Program-made: the position numbers and the translations under genes
NCBI RefSeq assembly: GCF_006345805.1
Contig: NC_043001.1
Coordinates: 930,001-994,000, forward strand
Length of the DNA stretch: 64,000 nucleotides
Direction: 5' to 3'
Source of the DNA: Octopus sinensis
Lineage: Eukaryota
Shown: positions 12,086-24,727 of the stretch, piece by piece
Layout of the letters: every line of letters starts with the position of its first letter
Position numbering within the stretch: the stretch's first letter is position 1
The notes under the pieces: generated by a model
Told to the model about the DNA's origin: nothing
The model's database searches: none
Seen by the model: the letters and a program-made list of their open reading frames with translations, nothing else

Positions 12086-13733
12086 GTCTCTCTCTGTCTC
12101 TCTCTCTCTCTCTGCATCAAGGTTACCATTGGTTTCATGTTAAGAAAAATATCTTAATACCTTAATCATTTTTCAAGCCAATCACCTGGAGGGGATGGAG
12201 TTTGTTTCCATTTTGGATGAAAACAAAATGGAGATGAACACCATTTCTGCAGCCTTAATTCACAAACAAAGAAATTTTATTCCCCAATGTCTGATAGCCA
12301 TGTATATATCGTAGGATTCATTAGAATCTAGGGGCACCAACATGTAGAATGCCAGAACTGGCTAGATACCATAACATAGGGTTCACAGTGAGGTAAAACA
12401 ACCATGAGGTATCATAGTATCCTGCAGATATGTAGGTACGTAAATATCAAATCCAATTTAAACTGTAGTTGTGAGTCATCATTGCTTCTGTGGTGTAAGT
12501 ATAAGAACAGAAAAGGGGTTTAAAGGTAAATTTTAAACCCCTTTTGTGTTCTTTATATAATATACTGAGGAATCCGTTGTTTCCAGCAAATTTTCACAAT
12601 AGAATACGTTGCATTTTCTCTGTTTTGATGGGGATTTTCAATTTTTTTTTCACCACACCCTTGGAAATGATGGTGGGGAAATTTTTTATGAAAAAAGTTG
12701 GGAAATTTATGAATTCTCCCTCCCACTTCGTCAAGACCGATTTTGTTTTCTTTCTGGCAGGGTCTATACACCTAAAAGCAATGGGAGATGCCGTTTTGGT
12801 AAAAAAACAAAAAAAAGCAAATTTATGAATTGTCTCAAACCACTCTCCCTTTCTTAGAATTGATTTTGGATAAGCTTTTTGTTTTTGTGCTACACACTTA
12901 AAAACTATGGGAGAAGCCCTGAAAGTCAGCAAAAAACATATTTTGAAAATTAGCAATCACCATTACAGTACCCACTTCCATTATTTTCAAACAGAAAATG
13001 AAATGTAATTTATAACAAGAGTGAAATTTGTTTTAATTTTTACATTAACCCCACCATCCCCATTAATTCTAAACTTTTGGATTTTTTCAAAATTGTTTTT
13101 AATCATAGTTTTAAAATACAAATAGTTCAAATCTGCCATTTTTCTGCTAATAATTTCAAAACAATTTTCAGACAAAATGGCATGTGATTTAAGGAAGATT
13201 AAGCTATTGTTTCTAGCACATGCCACGATCACCTGGCACCTTACTTGTTTCTTTGTGACCCTGACATGTATTAAATTTTTTCAATATTTTTCTCCCCCAC
13301 AGACACATTTTATGGAATGACAATGCAGTTTTCCACTGCTGAGGTTTAAGCAAAAAAAGGTAAACATTTCTAATTTAAATTTTTAAACCCCACCCCACAC
13401 CAAGCATGTCCACATGTGCATGTGTATGGATGTGTGTGCATGTACAAAAATTATATTTACCAATAGAAATATATGTTATTAAAATAAATTAGCTTTTACA
13501 TACCTATTTTAGATCACTTTCTTGCTCTAATGAAATTCCTTACACGCAGACAGGCACACACACACACACATACAGTGGTAGTGATATACATTTATAGAGA
13601 GAGAGAGAGAGTGTGGTAAATATATATAGAGAGAGGGTGTAAAACAGAGAGAGCCTGATGGTGAAAGATAGAGAGAAAGAAATTTGTTGATCTAAAAGTT
13701 GAAGAGTTTCTCATAGCAAATTAGATTTTTTGA

Positions 13734-14285
13734 TTAGCAGCGATACCCGGCGTTGCTCGGGATTAAAAGAGCATAGTTTGTATATATATGACAGTTATTT
13801 TGAAACAAGTGATACAGGAAAGTGAAGCATTGGTGACAAAACATTTGTGGAATAAATGATGAACTAATTTGACTAAGTGAGATGTCCTGCATCCATTTGA
13901 AGGAATCCAGGTCCTGAGGTAGGGGTGGGGTGTGTGTGATTTTTGAATACACTGAGAAGCTGTCAGTGGATATAGTCTCCTTTGCAACGGTCGGTGCTGC
14001 ATCCAACACGATCCATTGAATGGTTGACAGCTGAGTGAATGTAGGTGTAATGTTGTATGTAAATGGGTACAGTCTGGAAAGGGGCTGCAATGGGTGAAGG
14101 CAACAGGGAAGGGAACTGTTGAAATGTTGCAGAGGGTGAAGGGTTGACATTGGATTGCTGGTGTGGCTGTAGAATAAGAAGCATAAAGTGAGCCACAGAC
14201 ACATACACATTATCATACAAAATGTGATGACGCTCACATACATACAGTAAGACAGACACACAGACAGACATACATAGCTTTTCAC
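13734..14285 (-). mobile_element. Non-autonomous Helitron-like element
   Basis: Minus 3' end reads CCCGAGCAACGCCGGG hairpin (plus 13746-13761), then TATCGCTG-CTAA|T. The other end has the (CAGA)-rich signature. Confidence 0.6.
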
Positions 14286-16302
14286 CTCATGTTTTTGCAG
14301 TCATCACATATATATATGTGTCGATGTGTGTTTTAATTCAAATGACACACACACACACACGTACACATACATATATATACACATAAATATATACGCTTAT
14401 TCACATATATACATATACACACACATAATATATATATATATGCATGTATGCACACGCACACACATGGATACATGACCTCCTCTTGATGAAGTTTCTACTA
14501 AAAGCATGCTAAACCAGTTTAAACCTGATTATTGGAGGAGGGGGAGGAATTTGATGTCCGTTACGATAAATTTGCAAAGTCAATGATTCCTTATTTTCCT
14601 CAGCTCAGGTGGAGACCTCTGTTTATTAGTTCTTATGTATTTGGAATAAACCCTGATAATATAAAAATACCATGACCACTTGTGAAGGAGGGCTTCCTTC
14701 AATGCGTGTGTGTGTATCAGTGTGTGTATGGTTCTATTTGCAAAGATGGAAGATGAAACTAATACTGTTAGACCTACGTTGATGATGCTGATGATGGTAA
14801 TGGTGGTGATGGTGGTGGTGGTGGTGGTGGTGATAGTGTTGTTGTTGTTGTCGTCGATAGTGATGGTGGTGATAAAAGAAATGAAATATTAACAAGGATT
14901 TTAAAATATTTATATGGAAAAGAATAAAAATTGTTTTGACTGGATGGATTAGCTGATTACACAAGTTGATAGACATGGTCTTGTAGTTCCAGGAAAATTA
15001 ATCTCAGCAATTTAATCAAGACAATTGGCAGCATAACTGAATGGCAATACAAGAGGAGACAGTTGAAGGAAATAAGAGCGATGAGGAATTTAATTGCAGC
15101 CGGATGTGCTACATGCAAATATAGCAATGGATGTGTGTGAAATATGAGCTGTGAACTTTGAGGGGTTGTGAAATGTGGTCATGAAATCCAATGATGAATG
15201 CTTTGAATGAACCCAAAGGGGACAGAAGACCCTCAGGAGAGTGAAGGATTCTTCTAGCTGGGGATTAAAGTCAGTAAGTACATCAATAAAGGAACCATTG
15301 AGAGAGAGAGAGAGAAAGAAAGGGTAAAGTGTGTGTGTGTGTGTATAGGAAGAATGATAGTCATTACGTTTATTAAATCAATCATTCTACAGTGTAATGA
15401 TTTGATTTACTAAGTTTTCCCCTGAATCAGTGAATTACACCACTTTCCTGAGCAACTACATCCACCACCACCACCACCACCACCACCATCACTATAGCCA
15501 GTCCCAACTTCTGTTGCTAGTTAAGTACAAGATGAGTTAAGCTGAGCACCAATAAATATCTACCTAAGTGCCTTCATTTACCAAAATATTGCCATTTTTA
15601 GAAACTGAGAAACCTGATACTAACAGAAAAGGGAAAATATTAACTCTTCTAAATTGTCTTCTGGTTTGAAATCAAAAACTGGATTTATGTTTGTTTTGCA
15701 TTCCTCCATGGTCAACAGGTGGGGAATTTGGCAGTCTTTGGAGTATCAGATGAAATATTTTGTAGTATTTATTCTGACATCATCACTGCCACAAAACAAC
15801 AACAACCATCATTATCATCATTTTTAATAACTTTTTTTTCCATGCTTGAATGAGTTGAACAGAATTTGTTGAGAGAGATTTTTCATGGCCAGATTCCCTG
15901 TCACCAACCCCCATCTGTTTCCAAGAAAAAAGGGAAGTATTTTCCCCTGTCCAAACAAAGTGAAAGAGAGAGAAAGAAAATATTATGAAGAATGGTAGAT
16001 GACATAAATAAATTGATAAATGGAAGACTGACAGGTTGGGCGGAAGCAGGTTTTGAGACAGGCAGTCATGTGAGCTGATGGGGAAAATATGGGGAGGGAT
16101 GAAATAAAGTGGGAATGGAGTAAGCATGAATAAAAGAAGACAGATGAAAAGAAAAAAGATAGAGAGTGAGGGTTAGTGATATAATGTGATGAAATAATGC
16201 TGAAGAATGAAAGAAAATTTTGAGAAATGAAAATTAGGTAGGAGAGTTCAGATGAGAGAAGAAAAAGAGGCTAAGATGTGTGTGTGTGTGTGTGTGTGTA
16301 TG

Positions 16303-16336
<34 letters not shown>

Positions 16337-16342
<6 letters not shown>

Positions 16343-17330
16343 CCAGTATGATCGAATGGATGTGTAATGCCAGTGTGCATACTCGACAGAGTGTAAGTAC
16401 CTTGAGAGAAAAGTTGGACCTAAGAAGCATCAGTTGTGATGTGCAAGAGAGACAACTGCGCTGGTATGGTCATGTAGCGAGAATGGATGAGGATAGCTGT
16501 GTGAAAAAGTGCCACACTCTAGCGGTTGAGGGAACCTGTGGGAGAGGTAGACCCAGGAAAACCTGGGATGAAGTGGTGAAGCACGACCTTCGAACTTTAG
16601 GTCTCACCAAGGAAATGACTAGTGACCGAGACCTTTGAAAATATGCTGTGCTTGAGAAGACCTGGCAAGCCAAATGAGACCATAACCTCGTGGCCAGTGC
16701 CAGGGGGTGTAACCAGCCCACATGTGCGTACCTTTTCCTTCTTTGGACACTAAACTCTGCTTGCGAAGACCTGTTGAAGCAAGTGAAATCAAAATCAAAA
16801 TCAAAGTGAAATTTGATGATGGGCACGAGCACCATACGAGTGTGATCATTGACAGAACGGCTAACCGGCTTCTATGCCAGTGGCACATAAAAGGCACCAT
16901 TTGAGTGTGATCATTGCCAGCTTCACCTTACTGGCACTTGTGCCCCGTGCTAGTAGGGTGCTAAAAGCACCATCCGAGTATGATCGTTGCCAGAGTGGCT
17001 AACTGGCTTCCGCACCGGTGGCATATAGGAGGCACCATTTGAGCGGGATTGTTACCAGCATCGCCTTACTGGTACCTGTGCCATTGGCATGTGTAAAAAA
17101 ATTCGAGCGAAGCCGTTGCCAGTACCGCCTGACTGGCCCCCATGCCAGTGGCATGTAAAAGCAACCACTACACTCTCGGAGTGGTTGGCGTTAGGAAGGG
17201 CATCCAGCTGTAGAAACTCCACCAGATCAAGACTGGAGCCTGGTGCAGTCATCTGGTTCTCCAGCCCTCAGTCAAACCGTCCAACCCATGCTAGCATGGA
17301 AAGCAGACATTAAACGACAATGATGATGAT
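16337..17330 (+). mobile_element. 5'-truncated RTE LINE (ORF C-terminus, repeat-containing 3' UTR, (GAT)n tail)
   Basis: Translation LREKLDLRSISCDVQERQLRWYGHVARMDEDSCVKK..GRGRPRKTWDEVVKHDL. The 3' UTR carries GTGGCAC.TAAAAGCACC units and the conserved terminus. Confidence 0.9.
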
Positions 17331-17334
17331 GTAT

Positions 17335-17335
17335 G

Positions 17336-17371
<36 letters not shown>

Positions 17372-17535
17372 TAGATAGATAGATAGATAGGTAGGTAGGT
17401 AGGTAGGTAGGTAGGTAGGTTGGTAGGTAGGTAGGTAGGTAGGTAGGTAGGTAGATAGATAGATAGATAATTAGGTAGGTAGGTAGGTAGGTAGGTAGGT
17501 AGATAGATAGATATATAGATAGATGGATAGGTAGA
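17335..17535. repeat. Compound microsatellite (TA)n-(GATA)n-(GGTA)n
   Basis: Directly visible tetranucleotide blocks following the RTE tail. Confidence 0.95.
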
Positions 17536-19598
17536 TAAATTAAGAAATGGAGTCAAACGCAGGTGTTATTCAAATCTTTATACTTCCGACATATGTTTCA
17601 AAGAAAACATTAATATTATTCCAGAGGGAATTTCTCCACTCTTAATTTTCTGTTAATTTCTTTCTTTCTCCTCCTTCTCTTTCTCTAAATTGCCTTTGAC
17701 GTTAAATCTATTAATGTTTTTTTAAAAAATAACTTGCCAGCATTCGCCTTCATCAGATATGTTATACAAAACATTTCACTTAATCCTGGAATTTCTACCT
17801 TTACAAGTAGGCTGTAATATTCTTGGCACTTTTGTGAATTTTTGTTATCCTGGTAACTATTTATTTTTTCCATGTTATTTGTACACATTGTAAAAATACA
17901 CATACATTTATATATATATATATGTATGTATATATTGATATATGCATGTATGTATGTTTGCATGTGAATGACAATAACGGAGTGAAAGGAGGAAAAAAAA
18001 AAAACTGAAAGTAGACAAAACAAAACAAGAAAACCACTAAAGGTTTGAAACACAAACAAGAATAACTAAAAAGGGGAGAAATAACCCCTATAATTTTCAA
18101 CGGGTAACCTGATGGTCATTTAATAATAGCTTATAAGAGAGTCTCTATTGGTCACTAAACCTGATAGAAATGACTGCTAAATGTCTTTCAAATTCTTAGC
18201 TTCAACTTAAAATAGTAAGAAACTGGATAATATAATCCTAGATATATCTGAAAATTAAACAAGACGGTCACAACTGGAACACCTTTGACCACAGGGTTGC
18301 CTAATAAGCAATGATCAGGGTCTAAATAACAGCAAGCCTCAATCACTAACCTCATAATAGATCTGTTTCCTCCATCTCTCCTAAGATTTCTCGTCCTCTC
18401 TACAAACTGTTTATTATTTTCATCCAAGTCAATGATACAGATGAAGTTTTGCCTTGTTATCTTCATTGTTTCAACAATTAAATCTCTAATTCAATATTTC
18501 AGCCATTCCTTTTTTTTCCCTCCTCACAATGCCATTAATTTGGAATTCCTGCAGTTTTTATTTTAATAAACATTGAGCAGTAAATCATTTACATAAACTA
18601 CCCAAAGGTCTGGTGTTCAAATGCAGCTCCAGCCTGATCCAGATTATCTAAATCAAAGGCGTTCCAGACACGACCATTTCATCATTTACCAGACAACTAA
18701 CACTTTGTCCAGTGTGTCATTCCTTTTGTTATAAACTGTTAGATTTGAGGGAGATTTGGATGGCATTTCTTGCAGGTTGAGCCTGTAATTACTACAGGCA
18801 ATTCTGCTATTTTCCAGACTAATTAATGGAAAAGACAGCATGAGAAATGGTAATACAAGTCTTCAGTGGAGAAGCTAACATTTCATACTCTCTACATCCA
18901 CCCACAAACATTCTTCAATCCATGATGGTCGTTTACCATGCAACAGCAAAACTTCAATTTCTGTGAAAGCTTTTACCAAAGATGAATGAATAGATAAATA
19001 AATAAATAACCTGAAGAATATGTGCAAGTTTACAGGAATCAGCAACGGCTCAAACTATTAACATTATTATCTTCTTTATCATCATCATCACCATCCTCAT
19101 CATCATCATCATCATCATCCTCACTGCCTCATAGATGCTAATGGAGAGCTGAAAGGTTGGTTAGTAAATTATGAAGTGACAGGCTATATACTATATTACA
19201 ATGTACAAAAAAAAAAAAAAAGAAAAAGATTCTGTTTAGCTCAAGAATAACTATGAATGAATGTGATGTAAAACCGAAGAGAAGATAATAATAAAACACA
19301 ACCCTTCCATCAGTGCTATTTTAGAATACATGAATAAATCCACAATAATTCTGAATTTATAGAAGATAAATTATTGTGTGGATACACAATTCTGTAAATA
19401 ATAGTTACTGATGGTATATGTCAATTTTCTTTTTACACTTTTCCTCCATGGATTTAAGTGGCGGAGAGAATAACTTTGCTTCTGGATAGGAGGTAGGGGT
19501 CAGTTACAAATGAAATGGATACTTTTACATAGGGCCAAAACACATTCTCTGTATATTTAAGTGGTTGCCAATTATTCTATTCCAGCTCACTCACTCTT

Positions 19599-19648
<50 letters not shown>

Positions 19649-20029
19649 GCTGGTTATCTCTTCCCCTCACCTCACTCACTCACTCTGTGTGTGTGTGTGT
19701 GTAAGGTATCATCTGTCAGATATTCCATCAGGTAACATAAAACATTCTGCTGAAATGCTGAAACGCAGGTACTCTTGCGTCTATGGCACACAAATTCTAT
19801 TGAATCTAACCTTATGAAGGGAAAGGATCAGGTAAATAAAAAGTCATTTTCCATAGTCTATTATTTCCTTTCATTACTGATATACACACAGTGAGCAGGT
19901 ATTAACCATCATCGAAGAAGCAGCTAATTTGATGGGATATGTTTTAGTGATGACTACACATACATAAACATATACACTACACATACACATGGACATATGT
20001 GTAACAAATACACGTGCACATATACCAGG

Positions 20030-20135
20030 TATGGTTGTGATGGTTAAGAAGCTTACTTCCCAATCATGTGGTTTCAGGTTCAGTCCACAGCATGACACTT
20101 GGGCAAGCATTTTCTGGCATAGCTCCTAAAAATAA
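20030..20135 (+). mobile_element. tRNA-derived SINE head (long family)
   Basis: GGTTAAGAAGCTTACTTCCCAATCATGTGGTTTCAGGTTCAGTCC..CTTGGGCAAG, with A/B-box-like segments. Confidence 0.65.
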
Positions 20136-20139
20136 ATAG

Positions 20140-20178
<39 letters not shown>

Positions 20179-20202
20179 CATATATATATGCACATATATA
20201 TA

Positions 20203-20735
20203 GGGCCTCACAGAGGCAATGACAAGTGACAGACCTTTTGGGATATGCTGTGCTTGAGAAGACCCGACAAGCCAAATGAAACTGTAACTGTGGCCTATGC
20301 CAGTGCAGCCTAACTGGCCCATTTAAGAGTAACCTTCAATCATTGGGCCATAAATTGTGCTTTTGAAGACCTGTTGAGTCAAGTGATGTCATTAAAGTGG
20401 CCGATGACAGTGCTGGTGGCATGTAAAAAGCACCATTTGAGTGTGGTCAATGCCAGTGCCAGCTGAATGGTCTCGTGCCATTGGCAAGTAAAAAGCACCA
20501 TTCAAGCTTGGTTGTTGCCAGTGCAACTTGACTGGCTCCCATGCTGGTGGTACGTAAAAAGCACCCACTACACTCTTGGAGTGGTTGGCATTAGGAAGGG
20601 CATCCAGCTGTAGAAAATTTGCCAGACCAGACTGCAGCCAGGTGTTGCCTTCTGGCTTGCCAGCCCTCAGTCAAACCGTCCAACCCATGCCAGCATGGAA
20701 AGCGGACGTTAAATGATGACGACGTTGATGATGAT
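20203..20735 (+). mobile_element. 5'-truncated RTE LINE 3' end
   Basis: Paralogous to 16600-17330; ends AGCGGACGTTAAATGATGACG. Confidence 0.85.
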
Positions 20736-20769
20736 ATATATATACATGCCTTCACACGCATACATGCAT

Positions 20770-21125
20770 GATGGCTGTCTACTCTTGACAGAAGAATACT
20801 TCACTGGTCACTTCGGAGCTTATCTATTGATAAACATACATGTCTGCAGATATTGCAGACCAAGCTTCACCCTTTCGCCACACTGATGGTGAATTTTAGA
20901 CGAGCTCACTTGAGTTCTGCAAGAAAAATGGGTGTTTTTGAGAATACCCACTCCTTCGTTTGCCTTTTACCTCCACTGATGGTGATGACCAGCTAAACTT
21001 TCCAAATTGAACTCCCATATTTCAAATGCCTTCAAAAAGGACTTTAAACAATCCTTGAATTGTATCCTTGGTTTCTGCTGGGAGCACTTTCCACAAACAA
21101 ATTCACTGTGATTTGGTGTAGACAG
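20770..21125 (-). mobile_element. Older RTE-clade LINE C-terminal fragment
   Basis: Frameshifted minus translation ..EFVCGKCSQQKPRIQFKDCLKSLLKAFEIW..SLAGHHHQWR resembles the RTE motif GELxxGKRxxGRPKxRFKD. Confidence 0.55.
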
Positions 21126-21469
21126 GTTCAATCCCAAAAGTTATACGAAAATGTCATTAATGAGATCGAAGAGAATTTCAGGGTCTTTTATGTTGATGTG
21201 ACTGAGATAGGTGAGTAAAATCTATGGAATAACTGGTGAAACATTTCCGTAAGGTTCCATAGATTTTACTCTCCTTTATATAAATATGCTGTGGATGCCA
21301 TTTCTTCCATTCTACCCACGCTAGCTCAACCACTCAACCATTGTGTATAGCAGCCAACACTTGGTTCAACTGATCCTGCATCCCTGCTCTTCGTATAACA
21401 GTTGGGATCCTCAGTTTGGTCTTAGCACTTGTATGCATCTGTTGCATGGACTTGCACATATTCTTACAT

Positions 21470-21510
<41 letters not shown>

Positions 21511-21714
21511 ATGCACATGGTCAGATTCTTGTCAAAGGTCCTGCCTGTGCCGGTATGGAAAATGGATAGAAACGTGATGATGCTGATGATGATGGCATAA
21601 GTGTGTATGTCCATATATTGATACACAAACATACATATTCACATGTAAACACTTGGTATCATTCAACTTACACAGCTTGATGTCATAGCTGTCACCAGTA
21701 AGACACAGAGAATG

Positions 21715-21750
<36 letters not shown>

Positions 21751-22001
21751 GAGAAAGAGTGAGCAGAGACGGGGAACAGAGTAGAAAGAAAAAATGTGGG
21801 GCAGTTTCTATGTAATAACTGACACAAGGGAAGTAAATATGATGAAGTTACTCTCTCCCTCTCTCACACACATACATACATACATACATATATAAATATA
21901 TGAATTTACATATACATATATATGCTCTATTATCTTAATCATTCAATTCACATTAGTTTAGGATTGCCCATTATTTCTGGCTGTCTTTCGTTATATATAT
22001 A

Positions 22002-22179
22002 TATGCATGTATGTATGTATGTATGTATGTATGTATGTATGTATGTATGTATGTATGTATGTGTGTATGCATGTATGTATGTATGTGTGTATGTATGTAT
22101 GTATGTATGTATGTATGTATGTATGTATGTATGTATGTATGTATGTATGTGTGTATGTATGAATGTATGTGTGTATGTT

Positions 22180-22211
<32 letters not shown>

Positions 22212-22659
22212 TGTGTGTATTTATGTATGTGTGTATGTATGTATGTATGTATGTATGTATGTATGTATGTGTGTATGTATGAATGTATGTGTGTATGTAT
22301 GTATGTATGTATGTGTGTATGTATGTATGTATGTATGTATGTATGTATTTATGTATGTATGTATGTATGTATGTATGTATGTATGTATGTATGTATGTTT
22401 ATATGTATGTATGTATGTATGAATGTATGTGTGTATGTATGTGTGTATGTATGTATGTATGTGTGTATGTGTATGTATGTATGTATGTATGTATGTATGT
22501 ATGTATGTATGTATGTTTATATGTATGTATGTATGTATGAATGTATGTGTGTATGTATGTATGTATGTTTATATGTATGTATGTATGTATGAATGTGTGT
22601 GTATGTATGTATGTATGTATGTGTGTATGTATGTATGTATGTATGTATGTATGTATGTT

Positions 22660-22691
<32 letters not shown>

Positions 22692-22719
22692 TGTATGTAT
22701 GTATGTATGTATGTATGTT

Positions 22720-22750
<31 letters not shown>

Positions 22751-22785
22751 GTGTATGTATGTATGTATGTGTGTACGTATGTATA
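22002..22785. repeat. ~780-bp interrupted (ATGT)n microsatellite
   Basis: Directly visible. Variant blocks such as GAATGTATGTGTGT recur, implying block amplification. Confidence 0.95.
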
Positions 22786-23648
22786 CAAGGTGCGATGGGT
22801 AAATTGTCGCTATTTTGTATTTTTAATTTTGCACATGTGCATTGTTTGCTTTTGATTCTGTCGACTACACAGCATAGTAGGGTCTGTTGGGTACTGTCTG
22901 TGGAAAAAACAGCATCATGATGCAATTCACTCTGTCAGAAATTTGGAAACTTTGTACTGCTTGGCATTTGCACCGGAAGCTCCTATATGAACATTTCAGA
23001 GTATTTGGATGTCAGTCTGAGCACAGTGCAATCTGAGAACCTGTACCAAGAGTGATAAAAATCAAGCATCCAGTCAACATTGTGGTGTTTGGAATGATTA
23101 CTATTGATGGCGTTGTTATGTCTCCACTCATCTTCTCACAGACTCAACACAGAAGCCTACATCAAGTGCCTGGAGGAAGTAGTGCTGCCCTGGGTCAAAA
23201 GGGTGGCTGCTGGAAGATCCTATGTCTGGCAAAAGGACTCCGCACCAGGCCACACAAGCAGGAGAACTCAGACAATTTCTGCGACCACATCACCCCCAAC
23301 ATCTGACCCCCTAACTCCTCACACTGCAACCCTCTTGATTATTATGTGTAGGGCGCAGTTGAGCAAGAGACCAACAAAACTCTTTGTAACATCAAAGATG
23401 AACTGAAGGCAAGGATTATGGCAGCATTCAACTACTTAAACAAGGAGACTGTTTGGAAGAGTTGCAGGAAATTTCGAAGTTGTCTGGAGGCCGTGGTTGA
23501 AACCAACAGCGATTTTATTGAATAAATTTACTCTTTAGTATTTCAAGATATTTTTATGTAATTTTGGTAAATACATCTGTTAAATTGAGATGTCAGTGTT
23601 ATTTTCATTTTTGTGTAATTTAGACGACAGTTTATTCACTGCAACCTG
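22786..23648 (+). mobile_element. Internally deleted Tc1/mariner element, DD37D (maT)-type
   Basis: TA flanks at 22784-85 and 23649-50. TIRs CAAGGTGCGATGGGTAAATTGTCG and CGACAGTTTTATTCACTGCAACCTG. Transposase pieces KHPVNIVVFGMI, LNTEAYIKCLEEVVLPW..WQKDSAPGH and a decayed WPPNSPDCNPLDY motif. Confidence 0.8.
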
Positions 23649-24589
23649 TATATGTATATACATCATCATCATTATTTAATGTCCATTGTCCATGTTGACA
23701 TGGGTTGGATGGTTTGACCAGAGTTGGCAAGCTGGGGAGTTGCATCAGACTCCAGTGGAGATAAAAATATTGTTGTAAGCTTTCTGAAAGAACTACTTTT
23801 ATCTGTCAATATTTTGCAGGCATAGAAGGACAGGCATCATCATCATCATCATCATAATAATAATAATAATGATGATGATGAGGATGATGATGATGATGAT
23901 GATTGTGTTATTATCTCACATGCTAACAAATCCTAGTATTTGTTAAACAATCCACATATATGTAGCTTTTATCTATTTATATTTTTAACTTAAATATATT
24001 TAAAAAATAAATTTTGAGCATAAAAATCTGTTTGACACATTTTTATGATTAGAAAAATTCCTGAGATATCTTATATTTGCAGTGTTTTGACGATTGGTGA
24101 AATATACAGTGTAGTGACTAAAGATTGGTGATATAGTTCATACATACAGTGAAATGGCTAAAGTTTAGTTAACATGTACAGTGTTGTGACTAAAGATTGG
24201 GTAAATATTTTCATTGAAACAAAAGTAAGGGGACATGGCTGGGTGGAAGTAAAAAATTGATGCCCCGGGGACTGTCACGTAAAACTATTTTAGGTGGTGC
24301 TCTGTTGTTGTTGTTTAAATCTGACTGAGTACACTTATAATTAAAGCTATCCTAACCATGACCATCCCACCTTTTTTTAAGACCTAAAGTTTCTATGACT
24401 AGGACTGTAGAATGCAATTTGAAAGTGATTTGGCTGCTATTTCTAGCAGATTGATTAAGCTGGTAAATCTCTTTCAATTTCTAATAACATAATTGAAGGA
24501 GAAAGACTAGAGATCATAATCCATTTTTCCTTTGGTCTTTGTGACCTTGACAACAAATTGTCAATAGATCTTGCAGTATTTCATGTTTT

Positions 24590-24720
24590 GACTTTCATCC
24601 TTTCAGGGTTGATAAATTAAGTACCAGTTATGCACTGGGGTCGATGTATTTGACTTAATCCCTTTATCTGTCCTTGTTTGTCCCCTCTATGTTTAACCCT
24701 TGTCGGCAATAAAGAAATAA
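24590..24720 (+). mobile_element. 5'-truncated tRNA-SINE (short family, tail type A)
   Basis: TTTCATCCTTTCAGGG..AAGTACCAG..CACTGGGGTCGATG..TGTCCCCTCTATGTTTAACCCTTGTCGGCAATAAAGAAATAA; same as 58770-58896. Confidence 0.75.
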
Positions 24721-24727
24721 GATCTTG

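Noticed and set aside
18188-18466. 92-aa minus ORF with protein-like composition
   Set aside because: Its 3' part overlaps a dispersed repeat motif (GTCAAAGG..TTCCAG..TGACC). No convincing splice pair or homology is recognisable.
19769-19938. Possible plus-strand mini-exons (VLLRLWHTNSIESNLMKGKDQ / VLTIIEEAANLMGY)
   Set aside because: Weak acceptors and a poor second donor; cannot be distinguished from chance without RNA data.
21922-22920. Long ORFs of MYVC/HTYI repeats (up to 193 aa)
   Set aside because: Translations of the stop-free (ATGT)n microsatellite. The same applies to ORFs at 3762-4117, 4599-4933 and 56284-57012.
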